Positions 1-11,504 of a stretch of DNA of 64,000 bases are shown here, in pieces. The stretch comes from Saccharolobus islandicus REY15A (GTDB lineage Archaea > Thermoproteota > Thermoprotei_A > Sulfolobales > Sulfolobaceae), in NCBI RefSeq assembly GCF_000189555.1, contig NC_017276.1; one strand, given 5' to 3'. Position 1 is the stretch's first letter; each line of letters opens with the position of its first letter. A program made the translations under genes and the position numbers. The notes under the pieces were generated by a model that saw only the letters and a program-made list of their open reading frames with translations, made no database searches and was not told where the DNA came from.

Positions 1-476
1 GAAGAAGAGCCAGAAAACTTCATATTGGCCTTTTTGGATATTCTAGAAGCGCAGGCAAGGTTAGCTTACCTAGGGCAATTTCTTTCGTGGGTTCACTATA
101 TTCAATAGGAATACCACCAGAACTAATAGGAATTTCGTCTTTAAGCAATTTAGATGAGAAAGAGTGGGATATATTCAAACAGAATTACGTTAATTTTAAA
201 CACGATCTCCAAACTGCTGCGAGATTCTTTAATTGGGAGTCGTTCGAATTAATTAAGGATATATGGAAAATTAGTGAGGATACTATAGCAAAGATCAAGG
301 AAGATATCGATTACGCTGAGAGCGTGATAGGCATAAAATTAGGCGACATAGATTACGATAGTAGAAAACACATCCTAATGTCTTCGCTATTTTTACTATC
401 ATTTAAAGAGAAAATCCTTCAAGAATCTAAGAAGTATTTATATGAGATGGCATTAATTAGAAGATCCTTGGGATGA
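1..476 (+). CDS. ppcA: Archaeal phosphoenolpyruvate carboxylase, C-terminal part (gene starts upstream of the window)
   Basis: The frame starting at nt 3 is open and reads [43 protein letters not shown], the conserved archaeal PEPC C-terminal segment. The GTG at 87 is internal. Confidence 0.93.
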   Translation, partial: RRARKLHIGLFGYSRSAGKVSLPRAISFVGSLYSIGIPPELIGISSLSNLDEKEWDIFKQNYVNFKHDLQTAARFFNWESFELIKDIWKISEDTIAKIKEDIDYAESVIGIKLGDIDYDSRKHILMSSLFLLSFKEKILQESKKYLYEMALIRRSLG

Positions 477-1282
477 GAATACTAGTAAACGGTCTACTAC
501 CACTGGATTCGGGTAAGACAACATTTTCATTATCCATTATTCGACTATTTAATCAAGTAGGAATCAGATTGTTTCCATTCAAGCCAATTGCCGGGCATAA
601 TGCTTGGTATAGCTTTAACACTCTCATAAGGAGTGAAGAGTTAGGAATATTGGTTGGGAATGATGCTTTAAAGTATTATGATGAAACAAAATATGATATT
701 AGGAGAATTAATCCATTTGCTGTTCTTTTCGTTCCTATAGATTTGGAAAAGCTAAGCTACAACGTATCTCTATATAATATGATAATGGAGTATGGATTTC
801 CATATTTAATAAGGTTAAGTGACTGCATTAATGGGATAGATCAGTATTTTGTAAACAGTAGTGCAGATATATATGTGCCGAAAGCAATGCTGAAATTTAC
901 TAGAAACCTAGCCTTAAAATTTAATGCAAAATCATATGATAAAATGAGAGAGATAATAGACGCTTCTCCACAACTAGTAGACAATTGTACTATAGATGTA
1001 TTTAGAAACTATGAAAACGTGATAATAGAGTCCTATAATGACTCAGCTTCTCCCACTTATAATTCGGCTGACGTAGATTACGTATTTACAGTCTCCCCTA
1101 CGAAAGCGTTTCTCATAAAAGGTGAGGAATTTAAGAAGGCCTTATCATTATTTTCAATCCCGCCATGGAATGTTAGAGTCTCCACTCTTATAAAGTATCT
1201 AAAAATAGGGAAAAGTTTTGAAATAGATGTAGGAGAAAGAGTAGCTAAGGACGAGATTCTAGACATATTACTCAAGTCTTAG
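473..1282 (+). CDS. Predicted P-loop ATPase/GTPase (BioD/CobQ-like N-terminus)
   Basis: [11 protein letters not shown] Walker A-like motif followed by FKP; ATGA overlap with the ppcA stop. Confidence 0.65.
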   Translation: MRILVNGLLPLDSGKTTFSLSIIRLFNQVGIRLFPFKPIAGHNAWYSFNTLIRSEELGILVGNDALKYYDETKYDIRRINPFAVLFVPIDLEKLSYNVSLYNMIMEYGFPYLIRLSDCINGIDQYFVNSSADIYVPKAMLKFTRNLALKFNAKSYDKMREIIDASPQLVDNCTIDVFRNYENVIIESYNDSASPTYNSADVDYVFTVSPTKAFLIKGEEFKKALSLFSIPPWNVRVSTLIKYLKIGKSFEIDVGERVAKDEILDILLKS

Positions 1283-1940
1283 AGTTTTTCTCTGCTTCAA
1301 AGGCTAATCCCTTGTCGGGTACGTACAATTTTCCAATGTGTTTTAGTACAGATGCAGCTACTCCCAATCCTCTTTGAATATCTGGATCCTTTAATAACTT
1401 GTAAATTTCCCAAATACTAGTTATGGGTTTTACATTTTCGGTTTTTAAGGCTTCTCCAGTTGCAGAAACCAATAAAGTATAATATTTAAAGTTAGTTAGA
1501 TCTATTCTTGACAGATCATTAGTAATCTCATCCCAATGGTTAATTAGGCTTAATGTGAAATCGTTTATGAGAGAATTTATTATCTTTCCTAAGCTTTCTT
1601 CATCTTCTAATAGTCCAATTATGGGGTCTAAAATTCCTCTGCTCCTAACTTTATCTATAAGATTTATTAAGAACTGTATATTGTATATATTGTCATCATT
1701 AATAAATAACTTAGTGGTCTTTATGATTTTATCCCAACTCGCTAATAATTCTAAGACATCATCACTAGTAAGTGACCCTATTATCTTTCCTATTGTGTTT
1801 TCATCTTCTAATATCCCTTTAATTACGTCAAGTATGCCAAGTCTATCAGTAGTGTTTATTACGTCTAGGATTTTGTTAAGACTGTTAAGTTTTTCATCTT
1901 TCAGTAAATTGTCTAAAGCATAGAATTCTCCATTAGTCAC
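1272..1940 (-). CDS. DUF1641-like protein downstream of sqr
   Basis: Helical repeats and a C-terminal LLKDPDIQRGLG motif typical of DUF1641; 6 nt downstream of sqr. Confidence 0.7.
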   Translation of the reverse strand: MTNGEFYALDNLLKDEKLNSLNKILDVINTTDRLGILDVIKGILEDENTIGKIIGSLTSDDVLELLASWDKIIKTTKLFINDDNIYNIQFLINLIDKVRSRGILDPIIGLLEDEESLGKIINSLINDFTLSLINHWDEITNDLSRIDLTNFKYYTLLVSATGEALKTENVKPITSIWEIYKLLKDPDIQRGLGVAASVLKHIGKLYVPDKGLAFEAEKNSKT

Positions 1941-1946
1941 TTTAAT

Positions 1947-3200
<1,254 letters not shown>

Positions 3201-3324
3201 TTAAAGTTTATAAAGGTTTGTTTCTATAAGCTTTATTATCTCCCTTTTTCTAAAGTTATCATTAAGTATTTCATTCTGTTAAAAATGTAAAAAAGCTTAT
3301 AACTTTTTGAACCAGTAATTATTC

Positions 3325-3918
3325 ATGCAGCAGTTAATAGATAAGTTCTTAGAGGTAAAAGGACGTAAAATACATTATATTGAGAGTGGAGACGGCTCTC
3401 CGGTTCTTTTATTTCACGGTGCGAGGTTCAATGCAAGAACGTGGGTAGAGACTAATACAGTTGACTCAATTTCGAATATAGGGTACAAGGCAATTTCGGT
3501 GAACTTTCCAGGATTTGGATCTTCCGAAAAGATTGAAGGCATTAGTCTCTCAGAGTTCATAAATCTCTTCATGAATTCTCTAGGTATCAGTAAGGCAATA
3601 TTGCTGGGTGCCTCGATGGGTGGAAAGGCAGTACTAGAATTTAGTCTTAAATATACTGAATCTGTTTATGGGCTAGTACTAGTAGGTGCTGTTGGTGTAG
3701 AGGAGTTTGAGGACCAAATATCAAAACTAAATAAGATTCCCTTATTATTAATTTGGGGTTCTCGTGATATTGTTTCTCCTAAAAGAAATTATGAGTTAAT
3801 ATTAGATAAAGTGAAAAATGCGAAACTAGAAATTGTAGGTAAAAATCACGCTTGTTATTTAGATGATCCAAATACGTTTAATGAAAAAATTGTTAATTTT
3901 CTCAAGGGGATGAAATGA
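3325..3918 (+). CDS. Alpha/beta hydrolase
   Basis: HG oxyanion motif (FHGA), GASMGG nucleophile elbow, WGSRD, C-terminal His (NHACY). Confidence 0.85.
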   Translation: MQQLIDKFLEVKGRKIHYIESGDGSPVLLFHGARFNARTWVETNTVDSISNIGYKAISVNFPGFGSSEKIEGISLSEFINLFMNSLGISKAILLGASMGGKAVLEFSLKYTESVYGLVLVGAVGVEEFEDQISKLNKIPLLLIWGSRDIVSPKRNYELILDKVKNAKLEIVGKNHACYLDDPNTFNEKIVNFLKGMK

Positions 3919-4556
3919 GTGATAAAGAGGAATTAAGCGTTAAACTTAGGATAATATTGAGAGATATAAGATATCTTACTATTCTAAAACACTTGAAAAT
4001 TGCTAATGTAGACTATGGTAAGTCGATAATGCTAAACACCAAGATTCCATTGGCTGAAATAGTTGAGATATTGGATGATCTTGAAAGATTAGGTTTAATA
4101 GAGAGAGTTCACGGTGCAACCCTAAAGAATACTGAAGCCAAATTTAAGCTTAGTTCTGAGGTACATAAGCATCACACGTATTATAGGCTCACCAGAGAAG
4201 GAGATCATCTATTAAGGCATTTAGAAGATAGAATGTTGATCGATGCATATATGGAGATCGTCAAAAATGATAATCTAGCGTTAAGTATTCTTAGACTGGC
4301 AGATGAACTTAACGCAGATCATGCCCTAACGTATGCAAAATTGACTCATAAGAGGCTAGAAGAGATTACACCAAAGATTGAGGAGCTAGTTAAGATGGGA
4401 TTATTAGAAGAAAAGAATTCGAAAATAATTAAATTTGCCGATAGAAAAGCCAAGCCGAAAAAGGAAACAAGGACTCACCATAAATATTACGGTCTGTCAA
4501 GGATTGGAGAATTGGTGGTTAGGGAGATGAAAAGAAGGGGGATTTTACCTAAGTAA
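3915..4556 (+). CDS. Tandem winged-helix protein (DUF2250-like)
   Basis: Two similar halves ending KHHTYYRLTREG and THHKYYGLSRIG. Confidence 0.65.
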   Translation: MSDKEELSVKLRIILRDIRYLTILKHLKIANVDYGKSIMLNTKIPLAEIVEILDDLERLGLIERVHGATLKNTEAKFKLSSEVHKHHTYYRLTREGDHLLRHLEDRMLIDAYMEIVKNDNLALSILRLADELNADHALTYAKLTHKRLEEITPKIEELVKMGLLEEKNSKIIKFADRKAKPKKETRTHHKYYGLSRIGELVVREMKRRGILPK

Positions 4557-5492
4557 TTCTTTTACATTATGTATGACTTTGGGGACAGCTTCTGTAATAT
4601 CTTCATTTATAATTGTGTTGTAATTCTTTTTAACTATTTCACTTATTATTTCATCTATTTTTCTTCTCGCTATTAACTCAACTATTTTAGCTCTTCTGTC
4701 TATTATTCTCTTTTTAAACAACTCTTTTTGTTTCAAATAATTAAGATGATCCTCTATTTTGTTCACTATTTCACTAATTCCTTCATTTTTTATTGCCACA
4801 GCCTTAACGATAAGTGGTTTCCATCCATCTCTGTAGGAAATCTCGGAGCTATCTATGGCGAATTTTAGTGTATTAAATGCCAATTCAGCATCTGGTCTAT
4901 CAGTCTTATTTAAAACGTATATATCACCAATTTCCATTATTCCAGCCTTTAACGCTTGTATATCATCTCCCGCACCAGGTATTGTTACTACTAGAATTGT
5001 GTGGACACTCTGCTCTACTTCCGTATCTGTTTGTCCAGCTCCAACGGTCTCTATTATTATTTTATCATATCCTAATCCATCTAGAGCTTCAGTAAGCATT
5101 AGTGCCTCTGCTGAAATCCCACCAAGATATCCCCTAGATCCTATACTTCTCACGAAAACGTTCTTGAGCATTGTCTTATCTTGAAACCTTAACCTATTTC
5201 CCATAAAGGAACCCATAGTGTATGGGCTAGATGGGTCTATTACTATCACTCCGACTCGATGTCCTCTAGATACGTACTCCTGGATCAGTCCCCCTATTAG
5301 GGTACTCTTCCCTGCCCCGGGGATTCCAGTTATGCCAATCACATGTGCATTCCCTGATCTCTTTGAGAGAGCTCCTAATGCGCTTATTCCTTCATCGGTC
5401 ATATACTCAATCTTTGTTAATAATCTGGCTATTGCTAACTCATTTCCATTTAAGGCTTCTTCTATTAATTTTGGTAAATTATTATTCAACAT
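4545..5492 (-). CDS. meaB: Methylmalonyl-CoA mutase-associated GTPase
   Basis: [33 protein letters not shown]; adjacent to the mutase B12-binding subunit. Confidence 0.92.
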   Translation of the reverse strand: MLNNNLPKLIEEALNGNELAIARLLTKIEYMTDEGISALGALSKRSGNAHVIGITGIPGAGKSTLIGGLIQEYVSRGHRVGVIVIDPSSPYTMGSFMGNRLRFQDKTMLKNVFVRSIGSRGYLGGISAEALMLTEALDGLGYDKIIIETVGAGQTDTEVEQSVHTILVVTIPGAGDDIQALKAGIMEIGDIYVLNKTDRPDAELAFNTLKFAIDSSEISYRDGWKPLIVKAVAIKNEGISEIVNKIEDHLNYLKQKELFKKRIIDRRAKIVELIARRKIDEIISEIVKKNYNTIINEDITEAVPKVIHNVKELLR

Positions 5493-5907
5493 CTATACCT
5501 CTTTTTTGCCTTGCTACTTTTTTAACCTTCTCTACTATTTCTTTAAGACTACTTCCAGGTAGAAATACTTCATCCACTCCCATATCTTTCAATTTTTTAA
5601 TATCATCTGGAGGAATTACTCCTCCCACTATTAGTCCTACATCATTTAACCCATTTTGTCTCATTATCTCTATTACTTTTGGTATTAACTCCAAATGAGC
5701 TCCACTTAATATACTAATTCCTATGACATCTGCGTCCTCTTGTAATGCGGCTTTTACTATCTGTTCTGGAGTTTGTCTTAATCCAGTATATACTACCTCC
5801 ATTCCCGCATCTTTTAGCGCCCTTGCAACCACTTTTGCTCCTCTATCGTGACCATCTAAACCTAATTTTGCTACGATCACCTTAATTCTTTTTGTCGTAA
5901 TCATCAT
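5482..5907 (-). CDS. Methylmalonyl-CoA mutase small (cobalamin-binding) subunit
   Basis: [12 protein letters not shown] (DxHxxG), SILSG, GGVIP. Confidence 0.92.
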   Translation of the reverse strand: MMITTKRIKVIVAKLGLDGHDRGAKVVARALKDAGMEVVYTGLRQTPEQIVKAALQEDADVIGISILSGAHLELIPKVIEIMRQNGLNDVGLIVGGVIPPDDIKKLKDMGVDEVFLPGSSLKEIVEKVKKVARQKRGIDVE

Positions 5908-6018
5908 TATTACTAATACTTAAAACGTTTAAACTTTTTGCTTGTTGTTTTGTCAAACCTAGAGGTCGATAAATATGGGTAAAAATTTAATAATGTCAGC
6001 TTATTAATCATTCATCAT

Positions 6019-6306
6019 ATGTTTAAGATGTGGTATCTTCATATCTCTATTGCAATAATTGCACTGATTCTATCCAGCTTAGTAGTGTTGGAATTTGTAA
6101 GGATGAGAAAAGAATTTAGAGGGAAGTTGACTACAGTTTTAGTATTACTTAGTAGCTTCTTAATTGCTCAATTTGGATCCTTTCTCCTAGACTTTATTAT
6201 GTGGTCTAATGATAAGAATCCTATCTATATTTATCCATCTTTGATAACTGTTTCTCTCTCCTTTATTACTATACTTTTATTCTATTATTACATTACAAAG
6301 ATTTAA
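6019..6306 (+). CDS. Small membrane protein (about 3 TM)
   Basis: 95 aa with three hydrophobic segments. Confidence 0.6.
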   Translation: MFKMWYLHISIAIIALILSSLVVLEFVRMRKEFRGKLTTVLVLLSSFLIAQFGSFLLDFIMWSNDKNPIYIYPSLITVSLSFITILLFYYYITKI

Positions 6307-6700
6307 GCTTTTTATATTTTCTAGTTACATCGTAAACTGAAATTATAGTGATTATGAAAACTACTACTAATGAAAATATGTCTGCTGAAAAGGGATGACT
6401 TATAATAAGATATATGAGAATTACAAGTGAGGAGACTAGAAAAGAAGTAAGAAAGATCGATCTAGGTACAAGTGCACTTCTAAACCTTATGTAATCTTCC
6501 AATATCACTTTAGTAACTATATATCCTTCATCAACTTCCTTAACAAGGCCATCTTCAATTAATTTCTTAATGTGGTAACTTACGACGGATGGAGAACTTA
6601 AATTAAGATCCTTTTGTATTTTCCTAATTCCAACTGGTCTTTTCTGCCTAAGAAGGTAGAGGTATATTTTCCTAGCAGTCCCTGTCAACTCCTCTTCCAT
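6293..6700 (-). CDS. Winged-HTH regulator with C-terminal membrane anchor
   Basis: N-terminal HTH (GIRKIQKDLNLSSPSVVSYHIKKLIEDGLV) plus two hydrophobic C-terminal helices. Confidence 0.75.
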   Translation of the reverse strand: MEEELTGTARKIYLYLLRQKRPVGIRKIQKDLNLSSPSVVSYHIKKLIEDGLVKEVDEGYIVTKVILEDYIRFRSALVPRSIFLTSFLVSSLVILIYLIISHPFSADIFSLVVVFIITIISVYDVTRKYKKLKSL

Positions 6701-6906
6701 TAACTACTTATAGTTTAACGTTGCAAATAAGGTTTTCTATCTAAAAAATCTAGTTTCTCCCCATTCTAAATGTATTCTTCAGTTTATTCAAATAAGGAAA
6801 CTGAAAGTTCTCATAACTTAATAAATGCCAAAAAGCTCACTAGGATAGGGCAGTTCTTATAATTTTTAATAATATTATAGTTGTAGCGAATAGATATATA
6901 TACCAT

Positions 6907-7446
6907 GTGAATATCGTAGTTAATGTGAAACAGTACTTAATGGTTATCGCTGGCGTATTGGTCAGCTTAGCTATTGCGTCTTTAGTAGTTTATGTCTCTC
7001 ATATGTTTATAACATATACTATAAAAAAGCCTAACATTGTGGAGCGACAATCTGGCTATGCCCCACAAATGTATGAGTTAACTGTGAATGCAAGACCTCC
7101 CAATGGGAGCTATATAAATTCCTACTTTATTTATTCCCCTCTTCAATCCTCTTTAGTGATTAACAAGGATCCAGTATTTCATGTTTATCCAAGTATAATT
7201 GATTTAAACTCATTCAATAATTCAGCTATAATAACTATTTATTACTCAGCTCACGATAGAGTAAATATAGCTGTAACTCAGCAAATTTTTAATGTTAGCG
7301 TGATTAATACTACTGTGATTAATGATGAAATTGTAGCTACTCAAGTGAAAATTACGTTTTATAATGCGTCTCCAAATACGATATATTTAATTCCAATATG
7401 GAACCAATATAATGTCACGTACTACGTTCTAATATATTATGAATAA
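6907..7446 (+). CDS. Membrane-anchored or secreted hypothetical protein
   Basis: N-terminal hydrophobic helix followed by an N/T/Y/V-rich domain with N-x-S/T sequons; start uncertain. Confidence 0.6.
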   Translation: MNIVVNVKQYLMVIAGVLVSLAIASLVVYVSHMFITYTIKKPNIVERQSGYAPQMYELTVNARPPNGSYINSYFIYSPLQSSLVINKDPVFHVYPSIIDLNSFNNSAIITIYYSAHDRVNIAVTQQIFNVSVINTTVINDEIVATQVKITFYNASPNTIYLIPIWNQYNVTYYVLIYYE

Positions 7447-7447
7447 G

Positions 7448-7497
7448 TCAGTCCATCGACCTTTCTTCACTAGTCTAGACGATGTAGGCATCATCAT
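7448..7497 (-). ncRNA. Box C/D guide sRNA
   Basis: Minus strand: ATGATGA (C) + TGCCTACATCGT + CTAG (D') + ACTA + GTGAAGA (C') + AAGGTCGATGGA + CTGA (D); canonical 12-nt guides, 50 nt in total. Confidence 0.85.
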
Positions 7498-7565
7498 GTA
7501 CCCCGTTCGGCTGTGAGCCTTCACGCGTTTTATAACTTCTCGTCAGGCCCAGATAGGGAACGGGG
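7497..7565 (-). ncRNA. Box H/ACA guide sRNA hairpin, fused to the downstream C/D sRNA
   Basis: Lower stem CCCCGTTC/GAACGGGG, pocket CCTATC/CAGCC, upper stem TGGGCCT/AGGCTCA, tandem GA-AG K-turn, ACA 14 nt from the upper stem. Confidence 0.78.
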
Positions 7566-8006
7566 CTTTCTCAATCTTTTATACAATCTATACAAGAATA
7601 TAACAATTACTATCTGGCCTATATCCAGTTGTAATGTAGCAGCATGGTTATAACTTATTTCAACAAGAAAAGGTAGCATTTGTATCTGTGGTCTCCATAC
7701 ATACCATATTAGGTAATAATTAAGATAATTTAGAAATACAAAACTTATACCAGATGCGTCTATGATCATATTGTAATAATCGTTTTTATAACCAGAGACT
7801 AATAAAATAGATATTATAAATATAATTAGCGCTATAAATGCAGAAAATGATACTCCTACCGGAATTGTGAGATTATATGTTACTCCACTACTTGCCCTAT
7901 ATACAAGTGGCTCATCTATTGGAACTAAGGGAGCCATGGAAAGTAGTATAATTGTCAATATTATTGATCCGACTAATACCCAAACATAATACTCAGAATC
8001 TTTCAT
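7530..8006 (-). CDS. Hypothetical membrane protein
   Basis: 158 aa with about four hydrophobic segments; 3' end overlaps the H/ACA RNA. Confidence 0.6.
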   Translation of the reverse strand: MKDSEYYVWVLVGSIILTIILLSMAPLVPIDEPLVYRASSGVTYNLTIPVGVSFSAFIALIIFIISILLVSGYKNDYYNMIIDASGISFVFLNYLNYYLIWYVWRPQIQMLPFLVEISYNHAATLQLDIGQIVIVIFLYRLYKRLRKPRSLSGPDEKL

Positions 8007-8095
8007 AAGCGATAATGGGTATATAATAAATTATAACTTTATTCCTCAGCATTAAGTATATCTATATAAAGTCCTTCAGCAAGTTATTTCATGTA

Positions 8096-8401
8096 ATGTC
8101 TACTACAAAAAAATTCTATGAACTTCAAGATTTAATTTTAGCTAAGATGTCTTTAGAAAAGGCGAAATTACATATTGAAGAGAGAAAGGATAGAACTATA
8201 TTCAAATGGGTTAGGAAGGAACTAACGGGGTTCTTCAGAAAATTTTCTAATGTGGAAAGGTTTAGAGATTTGGTAAATAGTATCAATAAGGGTTTAGAGG
8301 AGGAAAATTATGAGTTAATACTTGAAAACGTCAAAAGATCATTGGCTATTATATCTGACGAAATTGAACAATACTATCAAGATTTACAGAAAATGCAATA
8401 G
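8096..8401 (+). CDS. Hypothetical helical protein
   Basis: 101 aa charged ORF with an ATG preceded by an AT-rich TATA-like segment. Confidence 0.6.
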   Translation: MSTTKKFYELQDLILAKMSLEKAKLHIEERKDRTIFKWVRKELTGFFRKFSNVERFRDLVNSINKGLEEENYELILENVKRSLAIISDEIEQYYQDLQKMQ

Positions 8402-9265
8402 ATCTACTACTCCTACTCTATTTACGTACATAGTATATATAGCAACAAGAATAATAATTATTGCAAATAACTTTCTTAAAGTTTGCCTTGGCATTCTCGA
8501 TGCAATCGCGGAGCCAGCATATCCACCTGCTACTCCTCCCACTAGGTATAATAGGCTTATTACTATATCAACATACCCATACACTGCGTATGTAATGGCT
8601 GCGGCAACGCCAAATGTACCTACTGCAATAAGTGATGTACCTACAGCCCTAAGCATATCTAACCCAGTACTAAATAGTAAACCTGGGACTACTAGAAACC
8701 CTCCTCCTATCCCGAAATAGCCTGATGCGAATCCTACTAGAAATCCTGCTGGGAGCACTTTATCTATTTTTATCCTTTCACGCAGAGTTAGTTTATGAGA
8801 GTTATTGCTTAATATACTTTTATTAGGATTGCATTTAGATTTCCACATTCTAATTGCCACCGCTATCATCAGAAAGCCGAAGAGAAATAGTATTAATGCA
8901 CCTGACATTAAATGACTTAAATAAGCACCTATTATATCCCCTATTATCCCTGGAATTGTGAATATTATTCCCTCTGATACCCTAACGTTTCCTCTCTTGA
9001 AATGCATATAGGAATTAATATACGCGTTAATACCAACGGCAAGTGCAGTAGTTCCTAAAGTAAGATGTGTTATGTAACTGTATTCTGGCGTACCTGGTGC
9101 AATTCCATTTGCTAGCCCAACAAAATACAATAGAAGCGGAATTGCAAGGATTGACCCTCCTCCTCCAATAAGACCAAGACTGAATCCTACTAATATTCCA
9201 GAAATAATAGAGAGTACGTATTGCAATGGTGTCACGGTTATTTGAAATGATGGGTCTTGAAACAT
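8384..9265 (-). CDS. Sulfite exporter TauE/SafE family permease
   Basis: Duplicated GLIGGGGSILAIP / GYFGIGGGFLVVP motifs, AVGTSL. Confidence 0.88.
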   Translation of the reverse strand: MFQDPSFQITVTPLQYVLSIISGILVGFSLGLIGGGGSILAIPLLLYFVGLANGIAPGTPEYSYITHLTLGTTALAVGINAYINSYMHFKRGNVRVSEGIIFTIPGIIGDIIGAYLSHLMSGALILFLFGFLMIAVAIRMWKSKCNPNKSILSNNSHKLTLRERIKIDKVLPAGFLVGFASGYFGIGGGFLVVPGLLFSTGLDMLRAVGTSLIAVGTFGVAAAITYAVYGYVDIVISLLYLVGGVAGGYAGSAIASRMPRQTLRKLFAIIIILVAIYTMYVNRVGVVDLLHFL

Positions 9266-9468
9266 AATAACTTAATCTAGTTTTAACTTTAAAAAGTTTA
9301 TGATTATGTAAAACTTTGTTAGTACTTTTAAAGTAAACATAGTTAAATTTGCTAAGGTTTATTTGGAATAAATGATTTTAACTCTCTATTTATGCGGAAG
9401 TCACAAATAGCTGACTTGATGTGTTGAGTTTAATGTTTATTATTAAATTCTTGTTTAAATTTACGAAA

Positions 9469-9867
9469 TCAGAGTGGGATCTCCAATCCGTGTGGACAAT
9501 AAGATGGCCTTCCCAAGTAATTATATAGTTTATCAATGATTTCTCCAGGGACAAGATAGTCAAACTGTTTGGAATATTCGCAAGCCGTTTGCTTATCTAT
9601 TCCAATATTAACTAGTAGTATCTCTATAACTCTATGAGCCTTTATTAGGTAATTTATACTTCTTGTTCCATTATTGGTAATCCATACTCCATCTTCTTTC
9701 TTTTCTACTAAACCTTTCTCTTCCAAATGGGATACTTCCTCAAAAACGCTTGATGGGGCTATTTTTAGGTCTTTCGCAATCCTATTTATCTTGGCCCCCT
9801 CCCCACCGTCATTATACCTCTTTATGGTAAGCAAGTATGAGAATTCTCTTCGTGATAAGTTAGACAT
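9469..9867 (-). CDS. DtxR/MntR-family metal-dependent regulator
   Basis: HTH IAKDLKIAPSSV, HRVIEILL, YCPHG; probable start MSNLSRRE at 9867. Confidence 0.88.
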   Translation of the reverse strand: MSNLSRREFSYLLTIKRYNDGGEGAKINRIAKDLKIAPSSVFEEVSHLEEKGLVEKKEDGVWITNNGTRSINYLIKAHRVIEILLVNIGIDKQTACEYSKQFDYLVPGEIIDKLYNYLGRPSYCPHGLEIPL

Positions 9868-9922
9868 CTGTGAAACAACTCTCAATAAAAATAAATAAAG
9901 TTTTGTTTTAAATCATATAGTC

Positions 9923-10792
9923 GTGAAAGACAATATTTCCGCTCTTATTACACCCTTTGATGATAAAGAGAATATAAATGTCGAAGCATTACAGCAATTG
10001 TTGGATTTTTTAACTAGAAGTGGGATTAAGCACTTTTGGGTTCTTGGAACTAGTGGAGAGTTTAATATGCTTTCTCAAGATGAGAGAATATTAATCGTCA
10101 GTAAAATACGTGAAATTACAAAAGGCAAAATATACGCTGGTATTAATGAGAATTCACTCAAAAATAGTCTAATATTGGCTAAAAAATACTATGATATTGG
10201 TGTTGATTATATTTTTTCAGTCCCACCTATTTATCATAAACCTTCAGAAAAAGGGTTAGTAACCTATTTCAACGAGTTACGTAACACGATAGATTTACCA
10301 TTGTTCTTATACAACATACCCTCATTTGCTGGGTATAATGTTCCTCTTCGTATAGTTGAGAAACTAGCGGAAGAGGAAGTATTAAATGGTATGAAATACT
10401 CAACTACAGATTTCGTCTCTTTCCTAAAGTATTTGAAGGGATTAAAAGGTGTAAATAAGAACTTTAAGGTATTCATTGGAGAGGATAGGATGATCCTTTC
10501 TGCTCTTATCTATGACGCAGATGGTGCAGTTTCTGGGATCTCTAATTTAGTTCCAGAATTGGTTACTAATTTATTCTTGGAATTTGATAGAGGTAATATT
10601 CAAAAGGCTATAGAGATTCAAAGAATGGTGAACAAATTAGTAGATGTAGTAAGCTTAGGCGATTATCCAAGCGGGATTAAGATAGGTTTAAGGTATAGGG
10701 GGATTAACGTTGGCAGTGTTAGGAAACCGTTAATGGAGGACAGTAGGGCTGAAGGGGAAATATATAATGCACTAAAAGAAATAGGTATATAG
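9923..10792 (+). CDS. DHDPS/N-acetylneuraminate lyase family aldolase
   Basis: GTSGE, YNIP, Schiff-base lysine in MKYS, AVSGISN. Confidence 0.88.
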   Translation: MKDNISALITPFDDKENINVEALQQLLDFLTRSGIKHFWVLGTSGEFNMLSQDERILIVSKIREITKGKIYAGINENSLKNSLILAKKYYDIGVDYIFSVPPIYHKPSEKGLVTYFNELRNTIDLPLFLYNIPSFAGYNVPLRIVEKLAEEEVLNGMKYSTTDFVSFLKYLKGLKGVNKNFKVFIGEDRMILSALIYDADGAVSGISNLVPELVTNLFLEFDRGNIQKAIEIQRMVNKLVDVVSLGDYPSGIKIGLRYRGINVGSVRKPLMEDSRAEGEIYNALKEIGI

Positions 10793-10794
10793 GG

Positions 10795-10848
10795 ATGATG
10801 AAGGTCGATGGGAAATACTGGATAATGAAGAGAATTATCCCCGGCTGA
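10795..10848 (+). ncRNA. Box C/D guide sRNA
   Basis: Fills the aldolase-udg gap: ATGATGA (10795-10801), guide, CTGG (D', 10818-10821), ATGAAGA (C', 10825-10831), GAATTATCCCCGG, CTGA (10845-10848). Confidence 0.82.
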
Positions 10849-10853
10849 GAATT

Positions 10854-11504
<651 letters not shown>

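Noticed and set aside
1-108. Open frame 1 ([11 protein letters not shown]...) at the window start
   Set aside because: It is an alternative frame of ppcA; frame 3 carries the conserved PEPC sequence.
7520-7550. CTGACGAG on the minus strand resembling a hammerhead ribozyme core
   Set aside because: No GAAA or stem III/cleavage site in the correct position; better explained as the K-turn of the H/ACA hairpin.
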